In this document: positions 46,117 through 56,276 of the stretch, piece after piece | Layout: every line of letters starts with the position of its first letter | Position numbering within the stretch: position 1 is the stretch's first letter | Origin: a virus | Taxonomy: Duplodnaviria; Heunggongvirae; Uroviricota; Caudoviricetes | Length of the DNA stretch: 63,123 nucleotides | Virus record (IMG/VR): IMGVR_UViG_3300046096_000179 | Coordinates: 1 to 63,123 of that record | Direction: 5' to 3' (one strand) | Position numbers and translations under genes: made by a program | Notes under the pieces: model-generated | Told to the model about the DNA's origin: nothing | The model's database searches: none | What the model saw: the letters and a program-made list of their open reading frames with translations, nothing else

Positions 46117-47502
46117 ATGGCAAAACTCACCAGCCGGTCCCAGATTGTAGTCGGCACCAACATCACTATTGATGAAACCGCCAAGACGTTTACGCTGATT
46201 GCTTCGACAGATGGCTCCACTACAGGTGGCCTGATCGCCAAGGATGGCGTGTCTCTGGCAGCATTGTATTCCAAGTTTGTTGACCTCTGGACTACTTCTG
46301 GTTATCAGGATAGCCCATTCCCAATGTATGCAATTGACCGTAACTCGGGTCAGTATCAATTCGGTACCGATGGCGCAACCTATTCTGGCTGGAAACCAGC
46401 CGATGACACTACTCGCCAGATGCTGCGTGATGGTGGCTGGACTGAGTTCACTTCTGCTGGTGTTGTGGCTCGTGAATACGTTGGTATCATTGGTCTGGGT
46501 ACCGTTTCTGCTGGATCTCAGTTGTATTACCAGAAAACGTCAACAGATGCTGCATCTAACTTTACATTTGACGATCAGGTGAACGAGGGCATTCAGGTCT
46601 TGGGTAATTTGGCTGCAGACCCAACAACCACCAGCTTTGACAATCGCGCCTACTTCAAAGGCTTTGTCCGTGAGTATGGTAAGAAATACAAAGACTCGGT
46701 TCTGGCCGATACGGGTAAGACTTCTACCGGCGCTTTCATCGTCAACTTGCTGCTTTCCAACGAAGATGACCTGAAGATTCAGGCCAACGATGCAGCAATG
46801 TCTGCTGCTCCTTATTCGGGCATCACGGTCAGCTACTACACAGCCAACCAGACACGTAGCATTGGCGGCACCAACTACAACTACAAGATCATCGTTGATG
46901 GCAACGGCGCAACACTGGAGCAAATCTATACCAAGGTTCAGTATTTGCTGCGTCAGAACTCGGACATCAATACTGCCGGTACTGCCGGTGTTGTGATTGG
47001 TAAGACTGCCGAGTCTTTGATGTATTTTGTGGGCGACAACTTGGAAACTGCCACGTCTGTCTATATTGACAACGTGCTTCCTGTTGACTCTAACCGGGTT
47101 GCATTCAAGGATGACTCCGGCGTGTTCCGCGCATTCCCCTATGAATCCGCATGGACAATCACGTTCAACACCCCATTGGTCGGGGCTGGCTCATCCTTCC
47201 GCATGATGTTTACTGCGCCTCCTGGTGCAGGTAACGACTATGGCGAATCCGGTGCTGTTACCGTGAACGATGCTCAGGGTGTTCCTATTTCTGGTGTGGT
47301 TACTGCCGGAACACTCAGTGGTTCGTATGATTACGATGGCAACTCTCAGTCTGGATTTACGTCCGGCACTGATCGTCCCGTTACTATTGTTGGCGTTCGC
47401 CCCGGTTACGGCAAGTATGCTGTTGCTACCGGTGTCCTGACTCGCAGCAAGAACATTTCTTTCTCTCTGGTTGCCGAGCAAGATCGCGTCTATACTGCTT
47501 AA
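46117..47502 (+). CDS. Virion structural protein
   Basis: CTAAATA at 46059; DGVSLAALYSKF..LW....DSPFPM motif; highly-expressed codon bias. Confidence 0.6.
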   Translation: MAKLTSRSQIVVGTNITIDETAKTFTLIASTDGSTTGGLIAKDGVSLAALYSKFVDLWTTSGYQDSPFPMYAIDRNSGQYQFGTDGATYSGWKPADDTTRQMLRDGGWTEFTSAGVVAREYVGIIGLGTVSAGSQLYYQKTSTDAASNFTFDDQVNEGIQVLGNLAADPTTTSFDNRAYFKGFVREYGKKYKDSVLADTGKTSTGAFIVNLLLSNEDDLKIQANDAAMSAAPYSGITVSYYTANQTRSIGGTNYNYKIIVDGNGATLEQIYTKVQYLLRQNSDINTAGTAGVVIGKTAESLMYFVGDNLETATSVYIDNVLPVDSNRVAFKDDSGVFRAFPYESAWTITFNTPLVGAGSSFRMMFTAPPGAGNDYGESGAVTVNDAQGVPISGVVTAGTLSGSYDYDGNSQSGFTSGTDRPVTIVGVRPGYGKYAVATGVLTRSKNISFSLVAEQDRVYTA

Positions 47503-47546
47503 AGTAACGCAAGCCTCTTGGTAACTCTTGAGGCTATCCTATGCAT

Positions 47547-47578
47547 GGGAAGGGACTAAATAATGGTAGTCCCTTCCC
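47547..47578 (+). promoter_or_regulatory. 12-bp perfect inverted repeat overlapping a late promoter CTAAATA (47556-47562)
   Basis: GGGAAGGGACTA-AATAATGG-TAGTCCCTTCCC. Confidence 0.55.
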
Positions 47579-47607
47579 TTCTTTGTTTTGGTGATTGAAT
47601 CCTTCCT

Positions 47608-48084
47608 ATGGCAAAAGTAACCTTTGACGGTGATACAAAAATCATATCTGTCCTACCGACAGCCGCTACGCTTGATCTGAGAACCGATCTCTATTCTGCA
47701 TGGGTTGATTGGGTTGTCTTGGGAGATAATCTGAAATACCTACCAGCAATGCGAGTGACTGGTCTTGACCCTATGGGTGGTGGTAAATTCACAGGAGACA
47801 TTTACTTCCTGATGAATGGATGGAAGCTGACAATTGACTTCACCTTGACTCGGGTGAATGGGGTTCTTCTGTCTGATGATTTTGATACCCCGTATTATAC
47901 ATCGGCACTGGTTCCTCAGTATGCTGCTAACGTATCCAACCTTGTGAACACAACCCCATCTGCCGGTTCTTTGTTCACTGTGAATGACATCTGGGACTTT
48001 CTATTGACCAATGCAACTCCCGGAACTGCCGGTGATAAGCTGCGTCAGGCACTGACTACTGGAAACTTCTTGGCTCTTAAATGA
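47608..48084 (+). CDS. Hypothetical virion-associated protein
   Basis: FDGDTKII...DLYSAWVDWV..GDN.KY.PA...G.DP.....YFLMNGW motif. Confidence 0.6.
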   Translation: MAKVTFDGDTKIISVLPTAATLDLRTDLYSAWVDWVVLGDNLKYLPAMRVTGLDPMGGGKFTGDIYFLMNGWKLTIDFTLTRVNGVLLSDDFDTPYYTSALVPQYAANVSNLVNTTPSAGSLFTVNDIWDFLLTNATPGTAGDKLRQALTTGNFLALK

Positions 48085-48132
48085 TCCTTTTGCTTGGCTA
48101 CGCCAAGATGCCCTTGCGGGCATGTTTCCCTG

Positions 48133-48282
48133 TAATTACTGTTATATCAGTATATAATTATATTCTTTATTTAATATATACATATTAATTATATTTTAAT
48201 ATTATATATATAGTAAATTATTTACTTTTTGGCTTAAAGGGAACCGACACGGTTATTGTATCACACTTTTTTGACCTGTCAA
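48133..48282 (-). other. Candidate replication origin: sigma70 promoter pointing into an extreme AT-rich tract
   Basis: Minus strand TTGACA (48277-48282)-16nt-TACAAT (48255-48260); ~100 nt nearly pure A/T at 48133-48230. Confidence 0.45.
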
Positions 48283-48339
48283 TAGGTGTTTACCCTAAGT
48301 CACCTCTGACGTTCGTTTGTATGGTATCATTGCATCACT

Positions 48340-49359
48340 ATGCTTTGGCTTGACGAAAAATTCATTCACATCATCTCTGGTCGCCTGTCCCTTTTCAAGA
48401 AGGTCAGACAGAACTCCTATGTGTTCCGTTGCCCACTCTGTGGTGACTCCAAGAAGAACCCATATAAGACCCGTGGTGGTCTGTATGTCCCACCGGGTGC
48501 AGACTGCTACAACATGGGATGCTTCAACTGTGGAGCATCCATGAAGTTTTCATCGTTCCTTGAAACCCAAGATAAGTCATTGTATGATGAGTATCGCTTG
48601 GAAACATTCAAGGAAAAGTTCGGTGGTTCAACATTCATACCAACCAAGACAGCCCAACCAAAAACAGAAACTGCATCACCAAAGGTCAAGAAGTTTGATA
48701 TGACATCGTTGACTCGTCTGGACATGATGGATTCATCTCACCCTGCCATGGACTACATTCGGTCAAGGATGATACCCAAGAGCCAGTGGAATCGACTTTT
48801 CTACTGTCCTCAGTATGTCAAGTGGGTATCTGCTTACAACGAAAAGAAGTTTGATCCAAAGATCGAGCATCCTCGACTGATCATTCCATTCTTTGACCGT
48901 TATGGTAATGTCACGCGAGTTGCCGCCAGAGCATTTGGTAATGAAGCTAACAGATACCTCTATACCGTCTCAGACCGCAATTCCACCCGATTGTATGGAC
49001 TGGACAGTATCGACGCCCAGAAGCCTGTTTACGTCCTTGAGGGGCCATTGGACAGCCTGTTCATCCCAAATGCAATTGCTGTTGGGATGGCATCATACAC
49101 CGATCATGAACTGACAACCATTCAGGATAAGATATTTGTCCCTGATAATGAACCAAGGAACCGGCAGGTATGCGAGGGCATCTACAAGATGGTCAGGGCT
49201 GGGGAAAAGGTCTGCATCTGGCAGAAGGATACCCCCAAGGACATCAACCAGATCATTCAGTCCGGTATGTCGGTTGATGACCTGATGCGACTGATCAATG
49301 ATTCCACATATCGGGGTCTGGAAGCAGAGTTGAAATACAAAGAATGGATACGGTTCTGA
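48340..49359 (+). CDS. 61: DNA primase
   Basis: CPLCGDS.K...K.RG, C.NCG Zn finger, RLIIPF, YVLEGPLDSLF, DNEPRN, KDIN. Confidence 0.95.
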   Translation: MLWLDEKFIHIISGRLSLFKKVRQNSYVFRCPLCGDSKKNPYKTRGGLYVPPGADCYNMGCFNCGASMKFSSFLETQDKSLYDEYRLETFKEKFGGSTFIPTKTAQPKTETASPKVKKFDMTSLTRLDMMDSSHPAMDYIRSRMIPKSQWNRLFYCPQYVKWVSAYNEKKFDPKIEHPRLIIPFFDRYGNVTRVAARAFGNEANRYLYTVSDRNSTRLYGLDSIDAQKPVYVLEGPLDSLFIPNAIAVGMASYTDHELTTIQDKIFVPDNEPRNRQVCEGIYKMVRAGEKVCIWQKDTPKDINQIIQSGMSVDDLMRLINDSTYRGLEAELKYKEWIRF

Positions 49360-49360
49360 A

Positions 49361-49804
49361 ATGTCAGCAACAATCATCGAGCATAGTTTCACAGTTGGAA
49401 ACCGACATCGCAGCGTTTTACTTCAGGGTCGGCAGGAAATCATCACATTGCTGATTCCAAAGGCCGAATATCAGGAATCTGATAGGGGTCTGATGTTCAG
49501 TCGCAGAGGGTCATCTGTTCTATGCACCTACAAGGGCATTAAAACCGTTCCAGAGCGATTCAAATCTTTGGTTGATACCTCGGTAGCCAAGTATGTTCCT
49601 GAAGGCTCCTATCATGCGCCATTCATTCCTGAATGGTTTGCTTACGGAAAACAGGCAACATTGCTGATGTCAAAAAGGAATTGTGCTGTGGTGAGTGAGT
49701 TCAGGGGTGACTTGTTTGATCTGTTGGGTCAAGAGAGAGCACTGAACCGCCCCAACAAGCATATCTTTGAAGTCGTTGATGGGGAGTTCTACCTTGCTAA
49801 ATAA
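49361..49804 (+). CDS. Hypothetical protein
   Basis: ORF coupled to the primase stop. Confidence 0.5.
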   Translation: MSATIIEHSFTVGNRHRSVLLQGRQEIITLLIPKAEYQESDRGLMFSRRGSSVLCTYKGIKTVPERFKSLVDTSVAKYVPEGSYHAPFIPEWFAYGKQATLLMSKRNCAVVSEFRGDLFDLLGQERALNRPNKHIFEVVDGEFYLAK

Positions 49805-49883
49805 TCCCCCAACAGAATTTGCGTTTGCTATCATTTTTGCCGTTCATTATGTGGTATACTTCGGAGTATCGGAATATATCACG

Positions 49884-50006
49884 ATGATCTGGTTGTCAAT
49901 GATGGACAACAAGGATAGGTATGACAGACCACCAAAGTCCCCATGGCTGGTTGTCAATTCTGGAATCGAATCAATTTATCAAATAGAAGAAGGCCACCAA
50001 GAATGA
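49884..50006 (+). CDS. Small hypothetical protein (40 aa)
   Basis: After TGGTATACT extended -10 (49852-49860) and a GGAG RBS; ATGA overlap with nrdA. Confidence 0.3.
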   Translation: MIWLSMMDNKDRYDRPPKSPWLVVNSGIESIYQIEEGHQE

Positions 50007-52201
50007 ATAAGAAGGACATTATTGTCGTTAAGCGGGATGGGTCGCGCGTTCCATACGATGTGACTAAGATTAAGGCATCAATTGCATTTGCCACAGAAGG
50101 AACCGGGGTGAGTCCACTTCAGCTTGAGTCTACATTGGATCAGGTTGTTCGCAGCGGCATGAAGACTTCTGAGATTCAGGATAACATCATCCAACATGCC
50201 CTTCAACTATCCACAAAACAGGAACCTCGATGGATTAATGTTGCTGGTCGCGCATTGGCAATGCAGCAATGGGGAAACTACAAACTCAGAAACAAAACAT
50301 TCAGCGAGATTGTTCACTATAACTTCAAAAAGGGCGAATATCCCAAGGAACTTATTTCCACATATACATCTGAGCAGCTTGACATCTTGGGTGATGTCAT
50401 TGATCATAAGCGCGACTTGGAGCATTCGCATGCATCATTGGTAACTGCTCAGAAAAAATACTTGGGTAAACATGAACTGAATCAGCATATGCACATGGTC
50501 AGTGCCATGCGGTTCGGTCAGTTGGCGCAAGAAGATTGTCGCATGAATTATGTAACATCTTTGTATAACGATCTGAGTCAGCGCAAGATTAGTTTAGCCA
50601 CCCCTTTTATGTCCAATCTCCGAAAGGGTGGTAATGTTTCATCGTGCTTTACTCTGGCTATTGAAGATGACTTGGATTCCATCTACGATAATGTGAAACG
50701 AATTGCTCAGATTAGCAAAAATGGGGGTGGTATTGGCGTTTTCTTGGGATATATTCGCGCCCGTGGGTCTGATGTTGCTGGCAATAAGAATGCTGCTGGG
50801 CCGGTTCTGCAGTGGATTAAAGTAATTAATGATACATTGGTTGCTGTAAATCAAGGCGGCAAACGCGCAGGGGCTGGCACTGTTGCCCTTCCCATCTGGC
50901 ATAATGATGTGCTTGATTTTTTTGAGATGCAATTGGAACATGGCGATCCTCGACTGAAATCGTATGATGTGTTTCCTCAATTGGTGATGCATGATTCCTT
51001 TATGATTCGTGATTTGGAGCAGCGACCTTGGGTTACATTCTGTCCATACGAGGTCAAGAATGTGCTTGGTATTGATGTTCGTGGTTTGTATGGTTCGGCC
51101 TTTGAGGATGCATATCAAAAGATTGAGGCTGCATTTGAAGCAGGTAAGTTGCGTGTTGCTAAGAAATATGACAACGCTCGCGACCTGATGAAAAAGGCAA
51201 TGGTGCCTATGTTTGAAACTGGAATGCCTTATGTTGCGTTTATTGACACGATCAATGAGGCAAACCCAAATCGGGATGACCCTGAGACATATGGCATCCT
51301 GAACGTGAACCTTTGCGTTGAATCGTATTCCAATACGAAGCCGGATGTCTATGCTCACGTATGCAATCTCTGCTCCATTAACCTATCCAACATCAAGGAT
51401 ATGGATGAATTGGCTCGTGTATCTCGTCAGGCATGTCGCATGCTTGAATATGGGATTGAATTGACCAACGACCCAACCGCAATCACCAAGGCTCATAACC
51501 AACGCTTCCGCACCATTGGAATTGGCATCATGGGACTTCATGATTACTTGGTCAAAAACAAGCTGACATACAAAGATTTGGATGTAATTTCGGAAATCGC
51601 TGAATGTATTGAGTATAATGCTGTTCTAGAGTCCATTGAATTGGCAAAACAATATGGTTCTTTCTTGGCATTTGAGCACTCTCAGTGGAAAACTGGTGAG
51701 ATGACTGCTCGATTTAAGAAGGATGGTTGTGGCAAGTATGATTGGGATTATGCTCAGACTCTGATTGACCGGCATGGCATGCGACATTCTCAGTTGACAT
51801 CTCCGGCCCCAACTACATCCACTTCTGTCTATCAGGATTGCTCATCCAGTTTCCTCCCTGTATTTGATACATTCTTTGTTGAAGAAAACAGCAACGGAAA
51901 ACAGATTACCGCTGCTAAGTTTTTGGCAAAATATCCATTGGGATATACCAAGACCCTGCCAAAATTCAAGGCTAAGGAAATCATTGATGTCGCCAGTCGA
52001 TTGCAGAAGCATATTGATACTGGAATCAGTATGGAATTGATGTTTGATCACAATGATCCTGAGTTTACGGCCAAGACCGTATGGGATACAATTCATTATG
52101 CGCATCAGAAGAAGTGCAAGGCCATCTATTATATTCGCCACATCAAGAAAAATGAACTGGCTGTAAAGGAGGAAGCTTCCTGCGAATCCTGCGCATCCTG
52201 A
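50003..52201 (+). CDS. nrdA: Ribonucleotide reductase class Ia alpha subunit
   Basis: ATP cone VVKRDG, SLATP, SSCF, NLCVE, CNLCSINL, PAPTTS, C-terminal CESC. Confidence 0.95.
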   Translation: MNKKDIIVVKRDGSRVPYDVTKIKASIAFATEGTGVSPLQLESTLDQVVRSGMKTSEIQDNIIQHALQLSTKQEPRWINVAGRALAMQQWGNYKLRNKTFSEIVHYNFKKGEYPKELISTYTSEQLDILGDVIDHKRDLEHSHASLVTAQKKYLGKHELNQHMHMVSAMRFGQLAQEDCRMNYVTSLYNDLSQRKISLATPFMSNLRKGGNVSSCFTLAIEDDLDSIYDNVKRIAQISKNGGGIGVFLGYIRARGSDVAGNKNAAGPVLQWIKVINDTLVAVNQGGKRAGAGTVALPIWHNDVLDFFEMQLEHGDPRLKSYDVFPQLVMHDSFMIRDLEQRPWVTFCPYEVKNVLGIDVRGLYGSAFEDAYQKIEAAFEAGKLRVAKKYDNARDLMKKAMVPMFETGMPYVAFIDTINEANPNRDDPETYGILNVNLCVESYSNTKPDVYAHVCNLCSINLSNIKDMDELARVSRQACRMLEYGIELTNDPTAITKAHNQRFRTIGIGIMGLHDYLVKNKLTYKDLDVISEIAECIEYNAVLESIELAKQYGSFLAFEHSQWKTGEMTARFKKDGCGKYDWDYAQTLIDRHGMRHSQLTSPAPTTSTSVYQDCSSSFLPVFDTFFVEENSNGKQITAAKFLAKYPLGYTKTLPKFKAKEIIDVASRLQKHIDTGISMELMFDHNDPEFTAKTVWDTIHYAHQKKCKAIYYIRHIKKNELAVKEEASCESCAS

Positions 52202-52262
52202 ACAAGATAATTGAGTGAATCTGGGTGATAAGTAAATCCCCGGATTCTTTGCAAGACTAAAA

Positions 52263-53273
52263 ATGAACCTACAAAAAAGAAAACTTTTCAATGCTTCTGG
52301 CGACGACTCTCTAGAGTCTCGAATGCTTATTGGCGGGAACCCAACAGGCATTGCCAACCTTAACTCAGTGAAGTATACATGGGCGTCTGACTTGTATAAC
52401 ATCATGTTGAATAACCATTGGATTCCTCAGAAGGTATCATTGGTTGAGGACAAGACAACCATCAAGAATCTGACCGATGACGAGATGGAGGCATTCAAGG
52501 ATACTTTGTCTTTCCTGATCGCATTGGATTCAATGCAGACTGCCAACCTACCAAACTTGGCAGATTACATCACCGCCCCTGAAATAAGTCAGATTTTTAC
52601 TCTGCAAGGATTTCAGGAGATGATCCATTCGCAGTCGTATCAGTATCTGCTACAGGAACTGTTCCCATCAACAGAACGGGATGCTATCTACAATCGCTGG
52701 CGAGACAATCCGCTTTTGTTGGAGCGAAATCAGTTCATTGCCGATCAGTATGAGAAATTCAATCAGGATGCAACTCTGGAGAATTTCAAGCATGCATTGG
52801 CCGGGGATATGGCTCTGGAGGGCATCTATTTCTATCAGGGATTCAACTACTTCTATATGCTGGCTGCGCGTAACAAGTGTGCTCGGGTTGCGGCAATGAT
52901 CAAGTATATTGAGAATGACGAATCCACTCATGTCAGTTTTATGGTCAACCTGATTCGTGAAGTATTTGATCGCAGCACAACAGACCAAGAGATTCTATTC
53001 AATTCCCTGAAGACAGCTTCTGAGCATGAGATTCGATATGGCAAGGCTGTTTATGGAAATCGCATATTAGGTATCTCTGAAGAATCGACTGAGCAGTATG
53101 TCAAATGGCTGACCAATCGGAGATGTAAGGCTCTGCGGATTGACCAATGCTATCCCGGCGTGACCAATAATCCATATGAGTATCTTAACGGAAGCGTCAA
53201 GGGCAATTTCTTTGAAACCAGCGTGACTGAGTATTCGCAATCATCTGCCGTTGGTGGATGGGATTCATTCTGA
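52263..53273 (+). CDS. nrdB: Ribonucleotide reductase beta subunit
   Basis: HWIPQKV, LDSMQ, EMIHSQSY, EGIYFY, DESTH. Confidence 0.95.
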   Translation: MNLQKRKLFNASGDDSLESRMLIGGNPTGIANLNSVKYTWASDLYNIMLNNHWIPQKVSLVEDKTTIKNLTDDEMEAFKDTLSFLIALDSMQTANLPNLADYITAPEISQIFTLQGFQEMIHSQSYQYLLQELFPSTERDAIYNRWRDNPLLLERNQFIADQYEKFNQDATLENFKHALAGDMALEGIYFYQGFNYFYMLAARNKCARVAAMIKYIENDESTHVSFMVNLIREVFDRSTTDQEILFNSLKTASEHEIRYGKAVYGNRILGISEESTEQYVKWLTNRRCKALRIDQCYPGVTNNPYEYLNGSVKGNFFETSVTEYSQSSAVGGWDSF

Positions 53274-53291
53274 TATAAGCAAGGAAACATA

Positions 53292-53513
53292 ATGGACGTT
53301 ATTGTCTGGTCAAAAGATGCCTGCAATTATTGCACAATGGCAAAGCAATTGCTTGACTCCCGAAGCATTCCGTATGAAGAACGGAAAATTGGCTATGGAT
53401 ACAGCAGGGATGACTTGCTGGCAATCATCCCAACGGCCAAGACCATGCCTCAGATCATCATCAATGGTGATCCCATTGGCGGATATACAGAACTCAAGGA
53501 AATCTTGGGCTAA
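53292..53513 (+). CDS. nrdC: Glutaredoxin
   Basis: CNYC, TMPQI, IGGYTEL. Confidence 0.9.
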   Translation: MDVIVWSKDACNYCTMAKQLLDSRSIPYEERKIGYGYSRDDLLAIIPTAKTMPQIIINGDPIGGYTELKEILG

Positions 53514-53585
53514 ATTACAACCAACCCATGATTTTTGTGGTAGAATCTGGGTTTCTTTCCAACCACCACTAACCGGAGACTTTAG

Positions 53586-53795
53586 ATGGGCAGCGCCCGT
53601 ATTGATATTCAAAATGGAACTTGGTCGGCACCTCGTAACCATCAGACCCGAAACCGAAAGGCTGAAATGGATGAGCATGATGGTCGCTACCCAAGCGATA
53701 CATACAATCGCAAAGACAAGTATCGATCATGGAAGAAGATTCCAACCCGAGAGGATGAGGGTTGGGATGACATTGATGATGAATACCCACGATGA
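53586..53795 (+). CDS. Small hypothetical protein
   Basis: GGAG RBS; TGGTAGAAT promoter at 53538-53546; ATGA overlap with uvsY. Confidence 0.45.
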   Translation: MGSARIDIQNGTWSAPRNHQTRNRKAEMDEHDGRYPSDTYNRKDKYRSWKKIPTREDEGWDDIDDEYPR

Positions 53796-54232
53796 CATCT
53801 CTGGAAGACCTACAGGCCGCATGGAAGGTCGATGCAACCATTGACCATATGCATCTGGATACGGCATCCATCAGGACCGCCAATCTGCACCAGAAGTATC
53901 TGGATATCATGACCGAATACAAGATTCGGATCTTTTCCTTGGAAAAGAAGTTCTTGGAGATGAAGGGGGTTCGCTCCCGTTACTTCAGTGGACAGATGAC
54001 CAAGGCAGAACTTGAACAGAACGGGTGGGAACAGTATCCATATAAGACCCCATTGAAGTCCGAACTGGAAAGGCTCTTGGAGACCGATCCTATTCTGTTG
54101 GACTTAAAGGACAAAACGTCCTACTACACATTCTGTTTTGAATATGTAGAGGATGTCTTGAAGGCGCTGCGTGACAGGAACTATCAGATTCGCGCAGCAA
54201 TTGATTTTATGAAATTTCAAGCAGGTAACTAA
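53792..54232 (+). CDS. uvsY: Recombination mediator
   Basis: W..D..ID...LD..S.....LH.KYL, YFSG, R.YQIR.AIDF.KF.AG. Confidence 0.9.
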   Translation: MTSLEDLQAAWKVDATIDHMHLDTASIRTANLHQKYLDIMTEYKIRIFSLEKKFLEMKGVRSRYFSGQMTKAELEQNGWEQYPYKTPLKSELERLLETDPILLDLKDKTSYYTFCFEYVEDVLKALRDRNYQIRAAIDFMKFQAGN

Positions 54233-54235
54233 AGA

Positions 54236-54883
54236 ATGTTGAATAAATTGAACCGTTGTTTTGAGATGCAGGACGCATTCAATGCTGCTGTGACTCCTCA
54301 ATGGAAAAATGCTGGGTATAAGTGGCGACGAGCCATGTGGGTTGAAGCAGCCGAGGCTGCAGATTTCGTCCATTATAAATGGTGGAAGAATGTTGATGCT
54401 CCTGTTGACCGTCAGCAACTACTGATGGAACTGGTGGATATTTTCCACTTCTATATGAGTGACCTGATGGTTGGTCGGATTGCCTTCAAGGAACTCCCGG
54501 CGCATGTGGTTGCCAATTATGAGTATGCTGTTCGTCATACTCCCCAGCGTGAAAAGGCCGATGTGCTGCTGAACATTGACGAGTTTGTCAATGCAGCAAC
54601 AGATCCAAACCTCCCCAGCATCAGCCGGGAATACATGCGAGTCTTGGTATCTGCCGGATTTACTCTGGCAGATGTGGTTGACTACTACATTGGCAAGAAT
54701 GCGCTGAATCTTTTTCGACTGAACAACGGCTACAAGACCGGAAGTTATGTTAAACTGTGGGGAGGCGAAGAAGATAACAAGGTATTGGAGCGCATCTTGG
54801 CAACTGGCATCCGAGACTTTGATGCCATCTACAACCAACTCATCGCCGCTTACGAAACCACAATCACCAAAACCAACCCCTGA
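54236..54883 (+). CDS. Dimeric (all-alpha) dUTPase
   Basis: EAAE..D...YKWWK, ELVDIFHF, YIGKN.LN.FR...GY..G.Y.K.W.G.EDN. Confidence 0.85.
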   Translation: MLNKLNRCFEMQDAFNAAVTPQWKNAGYKWRRAMWVEAAEAADFVHYKWWKNVDAPVDRQQLLMELVDIFHFYMSDLMVGRIAFKELPAHVVANYEYAVRHTPQREKADVLLNIDEFVNAATDPNLPSISREYMRVLVSAGFTLADVVDYYIGKNALNLFRLNNGYKTGSYVKLWGGEEDNKVLERILATGIRDFDAIYNQLIAAYETTITKTNP

Positions 54884-54897
54884 AAGAAAACTTAATC

Positions 54898-55560
54898 ATG
54901 CAACTCTCCAAAGAAACTCTGGCTATCATCAAGAACTTTGCCAGCATCAACCAGAACCTCCTGATCAAACCAGGCAACATCCTCTATACCCTGTCTCCAA
55001 CCAAGTGGATTTATGCTGAGGCCAAGATTGCTGAAACTTTTGATGACACATTTGGTATCTATGACCTGAATGAACTGCTGTCTATTCATTCGATCATGAA
55101 CAATCCTGAACTGACATTTGATGGCAATACCCTCTATATCAGCGAAGACAAGTTGAAGGTTCGGTTCCAGTCGGCGGAGCACTCTGTCCTGATCTATCCA
55201 AAGAACCCCAATCACTTTCCAGCGGATGCTGAGGTGACGTTTGATCTTTCTTCTGGCATGCTTCAACAGATCATTCGCTCTGCATCCATTCTGAAGGCTC
55301 CTTTTGTATCTATTGTTGGCGACGGAACCAAGTTTGGTATCACTGTTACCGACAAGAACAACGTGAACGCCAACCAATTGCACATCGAAATCGGTCAGAC
55401 CGAGCATGTGTTCTCGGTGAATCTGAAGGCTGAATTGTTCAAGATGATGCCCGATGATTATGAGTTTGCTCTGTCCAGCACTCGCAAGGCATGCAAGATT
55501 TCTGGAAATGACCGTCTGTATATGCTGGCATGGGAAACCGATTCCGCCTTCCAGAAGTGA
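54898..55560 (+). CDS. 45: Sliding clamp
   Basis: LS.ETL..IKNFA.IN.NL, FGIYDLNE.L. Confidence 0.93.
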   Translation: MQLSKETLAIIKNFASINQNLLIKPGNILYTLSPTKWIYAEAKIAETFDDTFGIYDLNELLSIHSIMNNPELTFDGNTLYISEDKLKVRFQSAEHSVLIYPKNPNHFPADAEVTFDLSSGMLQQIIRSASILKAPFVSIVGDGTKFGITVTDKNNVNANQLHIEIGQTEHVFSVNLKAELFKMMPDDYEFALSSTRKACKISGNDRLYMLAWETDSAFQK

Positions 55561-55649
55561 TCTTCTGCGCCTGAATGGGTTGGATTGTGTCCTTTTTATG
55601 ATACAATCCAACTCTTCTATGTTTCCATCCCTTTATTGAATGATTTGTT

Positions 55650-56276
55650 ATGGTTGAAAATTTGCTCTTGGTTGAAAAATACCGCCCACGTTCTGTCTCC
55701 GATTGCATCCTGCCTGCACGAATCAAGGACTCCATTCAGGATGCCATTGACTCCAATAACCTTCAGCATATGATTTTTCATGGGCCTGCCGGGGCAGGTA
55801 AGACCAGCCTAGCCAAGGCAATCTGTGGGGATATCTCAGGCGACATGCTGTATATCAATGCATCCAATGAGACTGGCATTGATGTGGTGCGAAACAAGGT
55901 ATCCAACTTTGCATCCACCATGTCATTCGATGGTAACATGAAGGTTGTCTTGTTGGATGAATGTCTGTCCGAAGATGAGACTGTTCGTGTTGGACATACT
56001 GACCTGTGGAAACCTGTTGCTCTGAAAGAACTTGAGCTTGGTCAAGAGTACCCGATTGTGTCATTCAATGAATCAACGCAAGAATTTGAGAATGATACTG
56101 GCTCTATAATTTCCGATAAGGTGGATGATATGTATGAGGTGATGCTGGATAGCGGAAAAACTATCGTCTGCAACAAGAAGCACCCTTTTATGTGTCAGTC
56201 TCCAGATGGTTCAATTGTCCAGCGCACGATTGAAGAAGGTCTGGATGGTTACTTGGTGATTGTTGCCAATGATTGA
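55650..56276 (+). CDS. 44: Clamp loader large subunit, N-terminal part fused to IntN
   Basis: VEKYRP, GPAGAGKT, INAS, Walker B VLLDE then CLSEDE... to a stop; TGATACAAT promoter at 55599-55607. Confidence 0.93.
   Translation: MVENLLLVEKYRPRSVSDCILPARIKDSIQDAIDSNNLQHMIFHGPAGAGKTSLAKAICGDISGDMLYINASNETGIDVVRNKVSNFASTMSFDGNMKVVLLDECLSEDETVRVGHTDLWKPVALKELELGQEYPIVSFNESTQEFENDTGSIISDKVDDMYEVMLDSGKTIVCNKKHPFMCQSPDGSIVQRTIEEGLDGYLVIVAND
55962..56273 (+). other. Split intein N-fragment (104 aa, acidic)
   Basis: CLSEDETV block A; CNKKHPF block B. Confidence 0.88.
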
